The notes beneath the pieces were generated by a model. The model saw only the letters and a program-made list of their open reading frames with translations, ran no database searches and was not told the origin of the DNA. Made by a program: the position numbers and the translations under genes. This document shows positions 17,856 to 26,783 of a DNA stretch of 64,000 nucleotides, piece after piece. Source of the stretch: Myxococcota bacterium (GTDB lineage: Bacteria > Myxococcota_A > UBA796 > UBA2385); NCBI GenBank assembly GCA_044344255.1, contig JBIJDH010000010.1, forward strand, positions 32,001-96,000, written 5' to 3'. The stretch's first letter is position 1; every line of letters begins with the position of its first letter.

Positions 17856-19541
17856 TCACCATGTGAGCTCCAAGAGCCGCTGCTTGACCTCGGCGGCCCG
17901 CTCGAAGGCGGGAGCCAGCGTCAGCACCGCCTCATAGTGGAGCTGGGCCCGCTTGCTGTCCCGCCGCGGCCCGGCGTAGATGTTGCCGAGCATGTAGTGG
18001 GCCGCCGCGCTCTCGGGGCAGTAGGCGAGCGAGCTCTGGAGCTCGCCGATCGCCAGCTCCCAGCGCTGCTGCCGATAGGCGAGGCTGCCGAGGTTGTTGT
18101 GGGCCTTACAGTAGGACGGCTTCCGCGCGAGGGCGCCGCGCCAGGCGGCCTCGGCGCCGGCGGCGTCACCGAGCTCCGCCTTGGCGATGCCCAGGTTGTT
18201 CCAAGCGTCGAGGTGGTCGCGGTCAAGGGCGATCGCTGCCTCGTAGGCGGTCATCCCCTCGCTGAAGCGCCCGGCGAAGCGGAGGGCGTCCCCGAGGCCG
18301 TACCAGGCGTCCGCCGCGCCCGGGGATCGCTCCGTGGCCTCGGTCCACAGCCTGACCTCGTCGGCCCAGATGCGGTTCCGCTGCACCGTCAGCGCGAGCA
18401 GCACCGCCGCCAAGGCCGGCAAAGCCCGGGCGAGGGGCCGGTGGGCGGCGGCGGGCAGGGCCCAGCCGAGGGCGAGGAAGAGGTAGAGCCCCGTCTGAAA
18501 GGCACGGTGCTCCGCCATGTTCTCTTTGAGTCGCACCACCGAGCTGGAGGGCAGCAGGAAGAGGGCCAGGCAGAGCAGGGCCCAGGCGGTGGCCGGCCGG
18601 CGACGCCCCAATCCCACCCCGAGCCCGACGACGCCGAGCCAGCCCGCGATGCCGAGCAGGCCCAGGACCGAGCGAGGCGAGAGCTCCTGCTGGTGGTGGA
18701 AGAGGGTCTGGCCGACGGGGAGCAGCCAGAGCTGGAGGTACCGGAGCCACACGAAGGCGGCGGTGGTGAGCTGCTCGCCCAGGCTGCGCTCGGACTCCCG
18801 GGGCAGGAGCACGCCCGCCTGTTGCAGGCGCAGGGCGACCGCGAGGCCGATCAGCAGGACCACCGGGAGGTACCAGCGATAACGGGGCCGACGGAGCACC
18901 GGCCCCGGGGGCCCGAGCAGGAGCTCCATCCCGAGGGCCGCCGCCGGCACCATCGCCCCCACCTCCTTCGAGGTCACCGCGCCGAAGAAGGCGAGCAGGC
19001 TGAGCGCGCGCCAACCTGCGCCGCCCTCCTCTGCCCGCTCGGCGGAGAGGGCCGCCGCGGTGGCGCCGAGCGAGGCGAAGCAGAAGAGCGCGCAGAGCGA
19101 CTCGGAGCGGCCGGTGGTGTAGGTCACGGCCTCGGTAGCCATGGGGTGGAGCGCCCAGAGCAACGTCGCGAAGAAGGCCACCCCCGCCGGCGCCGGGCTC
19201 CCCGCGAGGCGGCCGACGCCGCGGCCCATCCAGAGCGCCGCGCCGACGCCGAGCACGGCGATCACGAGGTTGGTGACGTGGTACTCGAAGGGATCGAGGC
19301 CGGCGCCGTGGAAGTTCCAGGCGTAGCTCCAGATGAGCAGCGGCCGCGACACGTTGTAGCTCGCGATCGCCCGCCACTCCTCGATCATGCGGATCGTGAG
19401 GTTGCCGATCACCTCGATCTTGTCGTCGTAGACGAAGGGCGCGTTCACCGCGGGCAGGCCGCCCAGCACGAGCAGGAGCCCGATGAGCAGCCAGGCGAGG
19501 CGGTGCCGAAGGGTGTCTGGGTCGAGGATGTCTCGGTTCAT
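17856..19541 (-). CDS. TMTC-like (GT-C fold) membrane glycosyltransferase with C-terminal TPRs
   Basis: FVYDDKIEVIGN, RPL, YHVTN, LHPMATEAVTYTTGRSESL, SKE and AEHR motifs in about ten TM segments; RNRIWADEVRLW followed by several TPRs. Confidence 0.85.
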   Translation of the reverse strand: MNRDILDPDTLRHRLAWLLIGLLLVLGGLPAVNAPFVYDDKIEVIGNLTIRMIEEWRAIASYNVSRPLLIWSYAWNFHGAGLDPFEYHVTNLVIAVLGVGAALWMGRGVGRLAGSPAPAGVAFFATLLWALHPMATEAVTYTTGRSESLCALFCFASLGATAAALSAERAEEGGAGWRALSLLAFFGAVTSKEVGAMVPAAALGMELLLGPPGPVLRRPRYRWYLPVVLLIGLAVALRLQQAGVLLPRESERSLGEQLTTAAFVWLRYLQLWLLPVGQTLFHHQQELSPRSVLGLLGIAGWLGVVGLGVGLGRRRPATAWALLCLALFLLPSSSVVRLKENMAEHRAFQTGLYLFLALGWALPAAAHRPLARALPALAAVLLALTVQRNRIWADEVRLWTEATERSPGAADAWYGLGDALRFAGRFSEGMTAYEAAIALDRDHLDAWNNLGIAKAELGDAAGAEAAWRGALARKPSYCKAHNNLGSLAYRQQRWELAIGELQSSLAYCPESAAAHYMLGNIYAGPRRDSKRAQLHYEAVLTLAPAFERAAEVKQRLLELTW

Positions 19542-19575
19542 CGCGCTCCGCCTCCTTCCCCGTCGGTCTCCGCCC

Positions 19576-20784
19576 CTATCCCCGGTCGCCCACCGCGCGC
19601 CGCTCGGCCACCACCTCGGCGTACAGCGCGGCGTGACGAGCGGCGATGGGCCCGAAGCCCAGGCGCTCGTGGATGAAGGCCCGCCCGCGCCGGACCATCG
19701 CGCCTGCGGCCTCCCGGTCGCGCAGCAGGGCGGAGATCCGCGCCCGCAGCCCGGGGACGTCGCCGTGCCGAACGAGCAAGCCGGCGCCCGCCTCGCGGAT
19801 GAGCTCGCCGCAGCCGCAGTCGTCGGCCACCACCACCGGCGTCCCGCAGAGCAGCCCCTCGAAGGGCACGAGGCCGAAGACCTCGGCCGCAGAGGCGTAG
19901 ACGAGGACGTCGGTGTCGGCGAGGAGCTCGATGCGGGCGCGGCCCTCGAGGAGGCCGACGAAGCGGACCTCGGCCCCGCGCGCCGCCTCCTTCGCCTCCT
20001 CCATCCCGCCCATGTCGTTGCCGGCGATCACGAGCGCCGCCCCCTCCGGCCCGCCCCCGGCGAAGGCGCGGATGAGGTGGGCAACCCCCTTTCGCGGCGA
20101 GACCTGGCCGAGGTAAGCGACGACGGGCCGATCTCCGAGGCCATGCTGCGCTCGGAAGCGCCCGCGGGGCGGCAGGGGCTCGAACTCGGCGAGGTCGAGG
20201 CCGTTCGGGATGCGCACCACCCGCTCGGCGGGGATGCCGGCCTGCTGGTGCCGCGACTGGTCATGGGCGCTCACGGCGACGCAGCGCGCGGCCTCGAGGG
20301 GGATCGATCCGGAGAAGAGGAGGTCCCACAGGAGCTTCGCGCCGACCTTTCGCTCGTGCCGATGGAGGGTGCCGTTCGCCGTGAAGACGTAGGGCAGGCC
20401 CCGCGGCCGCGCCCAGCGGAGCGCGAGGTTGTTGAGCAGGTGGCGGTGCCCGTGGAGGTGCAGGAGCTCGACGGGCGCCTCCCCGTCGAGGCCGGCCCCC
20501 TCGAGCAGCGCCCCGACCCCGCGCGGGGAGAAGAGCTGGTGGCGGTAGGCGCCGCGGTTCGAGAGGTTCGGCGCCGTGAGCACGCGCACGCCGCCGTGAT
20601 CTCGGTCGGCGGGCACCCCGGAGCGCCGCTCCCCGTCGAAGGCGTCGGTGGTGAGCACGGTGACCCGGTGCCCCTGCTCGACGAGCGCGCGGGACAGCCC
20701 GTCGACGATGCGCGGGATCCCCCCGTAGGCCCAGGTCGGCGGGAAGTAGGGGGTGACCTGGAGCACGTGCACGGCGACCTTCAC
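19576..20784 (-). CDS. Glycosyltransferase family 4
   Basis: YFPP..YGG, IPNGLD, YLGQVSPRKG and EVFGLVPFEGLLCGTPVV motifs. Confidence 0.9.
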   Translation of the reverse strand: MKVAVHVLQVTPYFPPTWAYGGIPRIVDGLSRALVEQGHRVTVLTTDAFDGERRSGVPADRDHGGVRVLTAPNLSNRGAYRHQLFSPRGVGALLEGAGLDGEAPVELLHLHGHRHLLNNLALRWARPRGLPYVFTANGTLHRHERKVGAKLLWDLLFSGSIPLEAARCVAVSAHDQSRHQQAGIPAERVVRIPNGLDLAEFEPLPPRGRFRAQHGLGDRPVVAYLGQVSPRKGVAHLIRAFAGGGPEGAALVIAGNDMGGMEEAKEAARGAEVRFVGLLEGRARIELLADTDVLVYASAAEVFGLVPFEGLLCGTPVVVADDCGCGELIREAGAGLLVRHGDVPGLRARISALLRDREAAGAMVRRGRAFIHERLGFGPIAARHAALYAEVVAERRAVGDRG

Positions 20785-20907
20785 CCGCGGAGGGGGCTCC
20801 CGCGCGCCGCGGCGGGCGCCCGTGCCGGAGCGCCGCGGACCCGGCGGAAGATACCAGAGCCTTCGCGCCTGCGGCGGCTTCGAAGCCCGCCCCCGAACTC
20901 GGACCCG

Positions 20908-20928
20908 TTAGTGTCTGCTTGACACTAA
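20908..20928. promoter_or_regulatory. Candidate NrtR operator upstream of pncA
   Basis: 21-bp palindrome TTAGTGTC-TGCTT-GACACTAA with a GT-N7-AC core, overlapping a TTGACA hexamer about 40 bp before pncA. Confidence 0.75.
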
Positions 20929-20968
20929 GATGGGGACCGTTAGGGGAGCGTGACCGAAGGAGACATCG

Positions 20969-21604
20969 ATGAACGCGCTCATCCTGATCGACATCCAGAA
21001 CGACTTCATGCCGGGCGGCCCCCTCGGCGTCCCGGGGGGAGATCAGGTCACCCCCATCGCCAACCGCCTGATGCCTCGATTTGACCGGGTCGTCGCCACC
21101 CAGGACTGGCACCCGGCCGATCACGGCAGCTTCGCCGCCCAGCACCCCGGCCGCAGCCCCGGTGAGCTCATCGTGCTCCACGGGCTCCCCCAGGTGCTCT
21201 GGCCCACCCACTGTGTCGCGGGCACCCCCGGGGCGGAATTCGTCTCCGGCCTCGACCAGGGCTCGATCCACAAGGTCTTCCGCAAGGGGACTGACCCTGC
21301 GGTGGACAGCTACAGCGGCTTCTTTGACAATGGCCACCGCAAGGCCACCGGCCTCGGGGATTGGCTGCGCGCCGAGGGTGTCACGGCCGTCACCCTCGTC
21401 GGCGTGGCGACCGACTACTGCGTCCGCTACACCGCCGAAGACGCTGTGCGGATGGGCCTCCACACCACCCTCCTCCTCGCCGGCTGCCGGGGCGTCGAGC
21501 TCAAGGCGGGGGACGTCGCCGCGGCCCTCGCCGCGCTCCGCGAGATCGGGGTGCACATCGAGGCCGGCGAGGCTCCGAGTGAGCCTCCAGGCGAGCGCCG
21601 TTAG
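20969..21604 (+). CDS. pncA: Nicotinamidase/pyrazinamidase
   Basis: IDIQNDF, TQDWHP..H.SFA, WPTHCV, FRKG..DSYSGF and GVATDYCV motifs; SD AAGGAG. Confidence 0.95.
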   Translation: MNALILIDIQNDFMPGGPLGVPGGDQVTPIANRLMPRFDRVVATQDWHPADHGSFAAQHPGRSPGELIVLHGLPQVLWPTHCVAGTPGAEFVSGLDQGSIHKVFRKGTDPAVDSYSGFFDNGHRKATGLGDWLRAEGVTAVTLVGVATDYCVRYTAEDAVRMGLHTTLLLAGCRGVELKAGDVAAALAALREIGVHIEAGEAPSEPPGERR

Positions 21605-21691
21605 GGCTATCTTTCCCGCTCGCTCCTCCCACCGCCGTGCCGCTTTGCCCTCCCCCCGCGCCCTGGGCCCCTCGTCGCCGTGGTCGTCTCC

Positions 21692-23350
21692 ATGCCGGTA
21701 GACGAGCGGCCCGGCCCTCGCCCGGAGCCAGAGACCGATGAGGAGCCCACAGACTTCTACCGGATGACCGAGGAGCTCCGCGGCACCCTCGGCCTCGACG
21801 GCGACGGGGGCGCCACCGAGGAGGTCCCCCACCCCGCTCGGCCGGCCGCGCTCCCTTCGGGCGGGGTGAGGGGCCTCGCCCGCGGCCGGGAGCTCGGTCG
21901 CGGCGCGGAGGCCATGCGCCCGGCCGCGTCGAGCTCGAGCTCCTTCCTCGAGCGTCAGCGGGCCCTGCTGCGCGCCGAGGAGGCGCAGGCCCCGCCGCCG
22001 CAGGTCGAGCGGCTGAGCCTCCCCGCCGAGGCGCGGCGCCTGGCCTCCCTCGCCTGGCCGATGGTGCTGGGGCAGCTCGGCTTCACGGCGATGGGCGTCG
22101 AAGACACCGTCATGGTCGGTCACTTCGGCCCGACTGACCTCGCCGGGGTCGCGCTCGGACACATGTGGTCGTACAGCATCCTCGTGGTCGGCGTGGGCGC
22201 GCTGCACGGGCTCGACCCCGTCTTCGCGCAGGCCCACGGCGCCGGAGACCGCGCCCGCTCCGTCGAGACCCTCGGCCGCGCCGCGGTGCTCTCGCTGCTG
22301 ATGAGCGTGCCGATCATCATCCTCCACTTCGCCGCCGGCCCCGCCCTCCGCTTGATGAGCCAGCCAGACTCCATCGTCCCGATGGCCGCCGGCTACGCGC
22401 AGGCGATCGCCTGGGGCGCGCCGCCGATGCTGCTGTTCATGGCGCTCACGAACTTCCTCCAAGCCATCGGCCAGGGGCAGCTCCCGCTCTGGACCGTGGT
22501 GTTCGGCAACGTCGCCAACGTCGTCCTCAACGCGATCTTCATCTACGATCTGGCCGGCAACAACCTGAACGGCGCCGTGGGCTGCGGCGCCGCGACCGTC
22601 TTCGCGCGCTGGGCGATGGTGGCCGCCCTCTTCCTCCAGGCGCGGCCGATCATCGAGAACTACCTCGCCGAGCTGCCCGGCCCGCCCTCCGCGGTGCGGG
22701 ACATGCCGCGGATGCTCACCGTGGGCATGCCGGTGGGCTTCCAGTACGGCCTCGAGATGTGGGCCTTCAGCGCCGCCGGCATGATGATGGGCCAGATCGG
22801 CGCCGCCGCGGTGGCCGCCCACTCCATCACCGTCAACATGACGTCGGTGCTCTACATGATCCCCGCAGGCATCGCCTCGGCAGCGGCGGTGCGGATCGGG
22901 AACCTGATCGGGGCCCGCGCGGGCTGGAAGCGCTCGGCCTGGGTGGCGATCGGGCTCGGGGCGGCGAGCACGGGCGTGCTCTCGATCGGCCTCTGGCTCG
23001 GCGGAGACCTCGTCGGCCGCGCCTACACCAACGACGCCGGCGTGCTCGACGTCATCCTCATCATCCTCCCCCTCGCCGCCGCCTTCCAGCTCTTTGACGC
23101 CACCCAGTGTGTGACGATCGGCGTGCTACGCGGGGCCGGCGACACCCGCTTCCCGGCCCTCGTCAACCTCGTCGGCTACTGGTTCGTCGGCCTGCCCATG
23201 GGCGCCTACCTGGGCCTCGGGGAGCGCTTCCACCTCGGCGCCGCCGGCATCTGGGCGGGGCTGCTCATCGCGCTGGGCACGGTGGCCGTCGCCGTCGTGC
23301 TGCGCCTGCTCTGGATCATGCGCCGCGGCGTCACCCTGGTCGAGCCCTGA
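21692..23350 (+). CDS. MATE family efflux transporter with a long N-terminal extension
   Basis: LAWPMVLGQ...DTVMVGHFG, QAHGAG, VGMPVG, AVRIGNLIGA and FQLFDATQ...GVLRGAGDTR motifs; about 12 TM segments. Confidence 0.9.
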   Translation: MPVDERPGPRPEPETDEEPTDFYRMTEELRGTLGLDGDGGATEEVPHPARPAALPSGGVRGLARGRELGRGAEAMRPAASSSSSFLERQRALLRAEEAQAPPPQVERLSLPAEARRLASLAWPMVLGQLGFTAMGVEDTVMVGHFGPTDLAGVALGHMWSYSILVVGVGALHGLDPVFAQAHGAGDRARSVETLGRAAVLSLLMSVPIIILHFAAGPALRLMSQPDSIVPMAAGYAQAIAWGAPPMLLFMALTNFLQAIGQGQLPLWTVVFGNVANVVLNAIFIYDLAGNNLNGAVGCGAATVFARWAMVAALFLQARPIIENYLAELPGPPSAVRDMPRMLTVGMPVGFQYGLEMWAFSAAGMMMGQIGAAAVAAHSITVNMTSVLYMIPAGIASAAAVRIGNLIGARAGWKRSAWVAIGLGAASTGVLSIGLWLGGDLVGRAYTNDAGVLDVILIILPLAAAFQLFDATQCVTIGVLRGAGDTRFPALVNLVGYWFVGLPMGAYLGLGERFHLGAAGIWAGLLIALGTVAVAVVLRLLWIMRRGVTLVEP

Positions 23351-23370
23351 GCGGGTCGAGCGGCGGGCGC

Positions 23371-24372
23371 GTGAGCTGGCTGCTCCCCGTCCGCGACGGG
23401 GGGGCCTGGGTCGGGGCCGCGGCCCGCTCGGCCCTCGACCTCTGCGAGGAGGCCGATGAGCTCCTCGTCATCGACGACGGCAGCGCGGAGGACCCCGGCC
23501 CGCTCCTCCCGGCCGACCGCCGGCTGCGCCTCCTCCGCCAGCCCCCGGAGGGCCTCGTCGCCGCCCTCGAGCGGGGTCGCGCCCTCGCCCGCCACCCCTT
23601 CCTCGCCCGCCTCGACGCCGACGACCTCGCCCTGCCCGGCCGCATCGCCGCCCAGCTCCCCCGATTGCAGGCCGACCCGCGCCTCGCCGTGGTGGGCGGC
23701 CAGGCCCTGCTGCGCCAGCGGGTGGAGGGGCTCGACGCGGAGATGTTCGAGGTGGCAGCCCCGGCGGGCATGCAGGCCTACGTCGACTGGGTCAACGGCC
23801 TCGAGGACCTGCACGCCGCCTTGCTCATCGAGAGCCCGCTCTTCCACCCGGCCGTGCTCATGCGGGCCGAGGCGGTGGCGGCGGTCGGGGGCTACCGGGC
23901 GGGCGACCTCCCCGAAGACTACGACCTCTGGCTCCGCCTCCGCGCCGCCGGCTGGGGCCTCGCCGCCGTGAAGCAGCCCGTGGTGCGCATCCTCGACCAC
24001 CCGGCCCGCCTGACCCGCGCCGATCCCCGCTACCGCACCGCCGCCTTCCGCGCCCTCAAGATGGCCTGGCTCCTGGACAACGTGCTCCACCCTGGGATGC
24101 GGGTCGCGGTGTGGGGGGCCGGCAAGACGGGGCGGCCCTGGATCCGCTGGCTCGTGGAGGGCGGCTTCACCGTGCCCGCCGTGATCGACCCCCACGCCGG
24201 CGAGCGCCGCCAGGGGCGACCGGTGCTGCCCCCGGCCGCCCTCCCCAGCCTCGCGGTCGACCGGCTGCTCGTCGCCGTCGGGGCCCGGGGCGCCCGCGAC
24301 CTCATCCGCGCCGAGCTCGGTCGCCTCCGGCCGGCCTGGGTCGAGGGCCGCGACTGGTGGGCCGTCGCCTGA
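23371..24372 (+). CDS. Glycosyltransferase family 2
   Basis: VSWLLPVRDG, VIDDGS, ARLDADD, HPAV and PEDYDLWLR motifs; C-terminal Rossmann-like VWGAGKTG. GTG start at 23371. Confidence 0.88.
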   Translation: MSWLLPVRDGGAWVGAAARSALDLCEEADELLVIDDGSAEDPGPLLPADRRLRLLRQPPEGLVAALERGRALARHPFLARLDADDLALPGRIAAQLPRLQADPRLAVVGGQALLRQRVEGLDAEMFEVAAPAGMQAYVDWVNGLEDLHAALLIESPLFHPAVLMRAEAVAAVGGYRAGDLPEDYDLWLRLRAAGWGLAAVKQPVVRILDHPARLTRADPRYRTAAFRALKMAWLLDNVLHPGMRVAVWGAGKTGRPWIRWLVEGGFTVPAVIDPHAGERRQGRPVLPPAALPSLAVDRLLVAVGARGARDLIRAELGRLRPAWVEGRDWWAVA

Positions 24373-26698
24373 CCCGCTGGAGGAGCACAGCGACGAGCCC
24401 GAGCGCCGCCGCGCCCCCCGCCGGCCGCGCCCCCGCGCCGCTCGCGCAGCCGCAGCCACCGGCCTCCGGCTCGCTCGCGGCCTCCGATTCGCCCGTGGGG
24501 AGCAGCACCTCAGGGCCGCTGTCCGCGAGGCGCCAGCGCTGCCCCCCGTCGAGGCGCACCGTGCCCGCGCGCACGCGCAGCCGCAGCCGGTGCATGCCCG
24601 GCTCCATCCGCGCCGCCCACACCGGGACGGGCGCGGCCCCATCGACCTTGACCTCGACCGCTGGCCCATCATCGAGGGAGACCGCGAGGCGGCCCTCCCC
24701 GGCGGCGTAGATGGAGAGCCCGCTGGCGGCGAGGCTCCACTCGGCGGCGGCGCCCTCCTCCCCCTCCATCGCCGCCTCGGCCTTGGCGCCCTCATCGGAG
24801 ACCGCGCGCCAGCCGGCCTCGTAGCGCCAGGTCTGGTCGAGGTCGTCGTAACGGTCGAGGTCGGTGGCGAGGGCCCAGGTGGCGCCCTCGTCCTCCGACG
24901 TCCAGGCCCCGCTGAAGGTGCCAGCGGCGAGGCGCCCCGCTGGTGAGAGGGCGAGGCTGCTCACGAGGTCATCGACCGGCCAGCCGAGGCGCAGGTCCGT
25001 GGGCGCGCCGCCGCCCGGGGCCGCCTCGAGGCGGGTGAGCCCGTGGTCGGTGGCGACGAGGAGGCTGTCCCCATCGGCGATCAAGGCCCCGGTGGGCTCG
25101 TCGAGCAGCACGACCCAGGCCCCGCCCTCGAGCGACCAGAGCCCGCCCTCGCCGGACACGAGCAGGCGGTCGCCCCCGGCCAGCGCCGCGCTCCCGAGCA
25201 GGTGGTCGGCGACGACGCCGTCGGGGAGGGCCAGCGCGACGCTCCGGCCCCCCTCCACCCGGTAGAGCGCGCCCGAGCAGGCCACCCACACCGCCTCGTC
25301 GAGCGGCACGACCGCCGAGGGCTTCTCCCGACAGCCGCCGAGTGAGGTCCGCGCCCAGGTATCCCCACCGTCACCGGAGGCCGCCAGCGCCGCGAGGCCC
25401 GCCTCGTCCAGTCCCGTAGACCACAGCCGCGCGTCTGCGGGCCAGCCCGGGTGGATGAAGAGGGCGTCGCCGTCGAGGGAGAGGCCGGTGTCGACCACGT
25501 CCCAGGCGAGCCCCTCGTCGGTCGAGCGGTAGAGCCGCTTGCCGCCCACCGCCCACCAAGGGCCGCCGCCCTCGGTCACCGCCACCCGCCGCAGCCAGGG
25601 CCAGCGCAGCGACTGGGAGACGTCGTGCCAGTCGCCGGTCCCGGGCGCACCTTGGCGCGGGCTGCCGCGGGCGACCCCGGCCCCATAGGGCGCGATGAGG
25701 AGGCCGCCGTCGTCGAGCCACTGCAACGAGCGCACGAAGGGGCTGGTGCGCAGCTCGAGCTGCCACCAAGCCGCGTCGCCGAGCTCGCGCAGGTAGAGCC
25801 CCTCGAAGGTGGCGGCGATGAGCCGCTCCCCATCGACGATCAGGGTGGCCTCGTGCACGCCGTCGGCCGGGCCGCCGCTGCCGGTGGCGAGGGCCTCCAT
25901 CCCCTCATCGGCGAGGGTCCAGGTCTCGCCCGCGTCCTCGCTCAACCAGGGCCCGGCGGCCTCCCCGGCGGCCAGCCAGGCGGCCTCCCCCGCCGCGAGC
26001 ACGTGCACGCCGATTGGGCCCGCGCCGGTGGGCGTCGCGACGGCGCCGTCCCAGGTGGCGACCCGCCCCTCCGCCCCGAGCAAGACCACGCCCCCGCCCG
26101 CGGCGAGGGCCGTCCAAGGCCCCGGGTGCGCCGTCTCGAGCGCCCCGCCCTCGAGTCGCAGCAGGTGACCCGCCTCATCGAGCGCGAGCGGCACGCCGTC
26201 CGCCCCCTCCGCCACCGAGGACAGCGGCGTGTCGGGCGCGGGGGCCAGGGGCTCGGCCTCGGCGCCGGGGGAGGCGGGCACCCACCAGAGGCCGTCCTCG
26301 CCGGCCACGAGCGCCCCCCCGGCCGCGGCGGCGCAAGCGAGCGCGCCCAGGGGCGCGAGGGCGGTGAAGCTCCGCGCGTCGTCATCGGAGCGCCAGGCCC
26401 CGCCCTCATCGGTGACAAGCAGCCAGGCGCCCTCGCCGAGGGCCGTGACACAGCGGGGCGTGTCGCCGGGCGAGGGCAGGTGGCCCGCCGGCACGCCCAG
26501 GGGGTCGAAGCGCGCGAGCTCGCCCGTCTCGCCGGCGAGCAGCCCGCCCGCAGGGTCCACCCCGACCGCGTTGCAGACGTCATGCGGCGAGTGGGCCCGC
26601 GCCACGCCACCCCCGAGCCCGAGGCCGACGAGAGACAGGCCGAGCGCGGGCAGACCGAAGGAGCGACCCTCGAGGGGCGAGCGGCGGAGCCTGGCCAT
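24302..26698 (-). CDS. Secreted BNR/Asp-box beta-propeller protein with a MYXO-CTERM-like tail
   Basis: Signal peptide ending ARA; repeated S.D.G.TW Asp-boxes; C-terminal GCGCAS...AAALGLVAVLLQRVRRR. Confidence 0.8.
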   Translation of the reverse strand: MARLRRSPLEGRSFGLPALGLSLVGLGLGGGVARAHSPHDVCNAVGVDPAGGLLAGETGELARFDPLGVPAGHLPSPGDTPRCVTALGEGAWLLVTDEGGAWRSDDDARSFTALAPLGALACAAAAGGALVAGEDGLWWVPASPGAEAEPLAPAPDTPLSSVAEGADGVPLALDEAGHLLRLEGGALETAHPGPWTALAAGGGVVLLGAEGRVATWDGAVATPTGAGPIGVHVLAAGEAAWLAAGEAAGPWLSEDAGETWTLADEGMEALATGSGGPADGVHEATLIVDGERLIAATFEGLYLRELGDAAWWQLELRTSPFVRSLQWLDDGGLLIAPYGAGVARGSPRQGAPGTGDWHDVSQSLRWPWLRRVAVTEGGGPWWAVGGKRLYRSTDEGLAWDVVDTGLSLDGDALFIHPGWPADARLWSTGLDEAGLAALAASGDGGDTWARTSLGGCREKPSAVVPLDEAVWVACSGALYRVEGGRSVALALPDGVVADHLLGSAALAGGDRLLVSGEGGLWSLEGGAWVVLLDEPTGALIADGDSLLVATDHGLTRLEAAPGGGAPTDLRLGWPVDDLVSSLALSPAGRLAAGTFSGAWTSEDEGATWALATDLDRYDDLDQTWRYEAGWRAVSDEGAKAEAAMEGEEGAAAEWSLAASGLSIYAAGEGRLAVSLDDGPAVEVKVDGAAPVPVWAARMEPGMHRLRLRVRAGTVRLDGGQRWRLADSGPEVLLPTGESEAASEPEAGGCGCASGAGARPAGGAAALGLVAVLLQRVRRRPTSRGPRPRPAGGDRARRG

Positions 26699-26783
26699 GC
26701 CCCTCCGGTAACCGGAGGCGGCGACGCGGGGGCTGTCCACCCCCGCCGCGGGCTATCCTCGGTCCACGCCATTGGAGCCTCAC

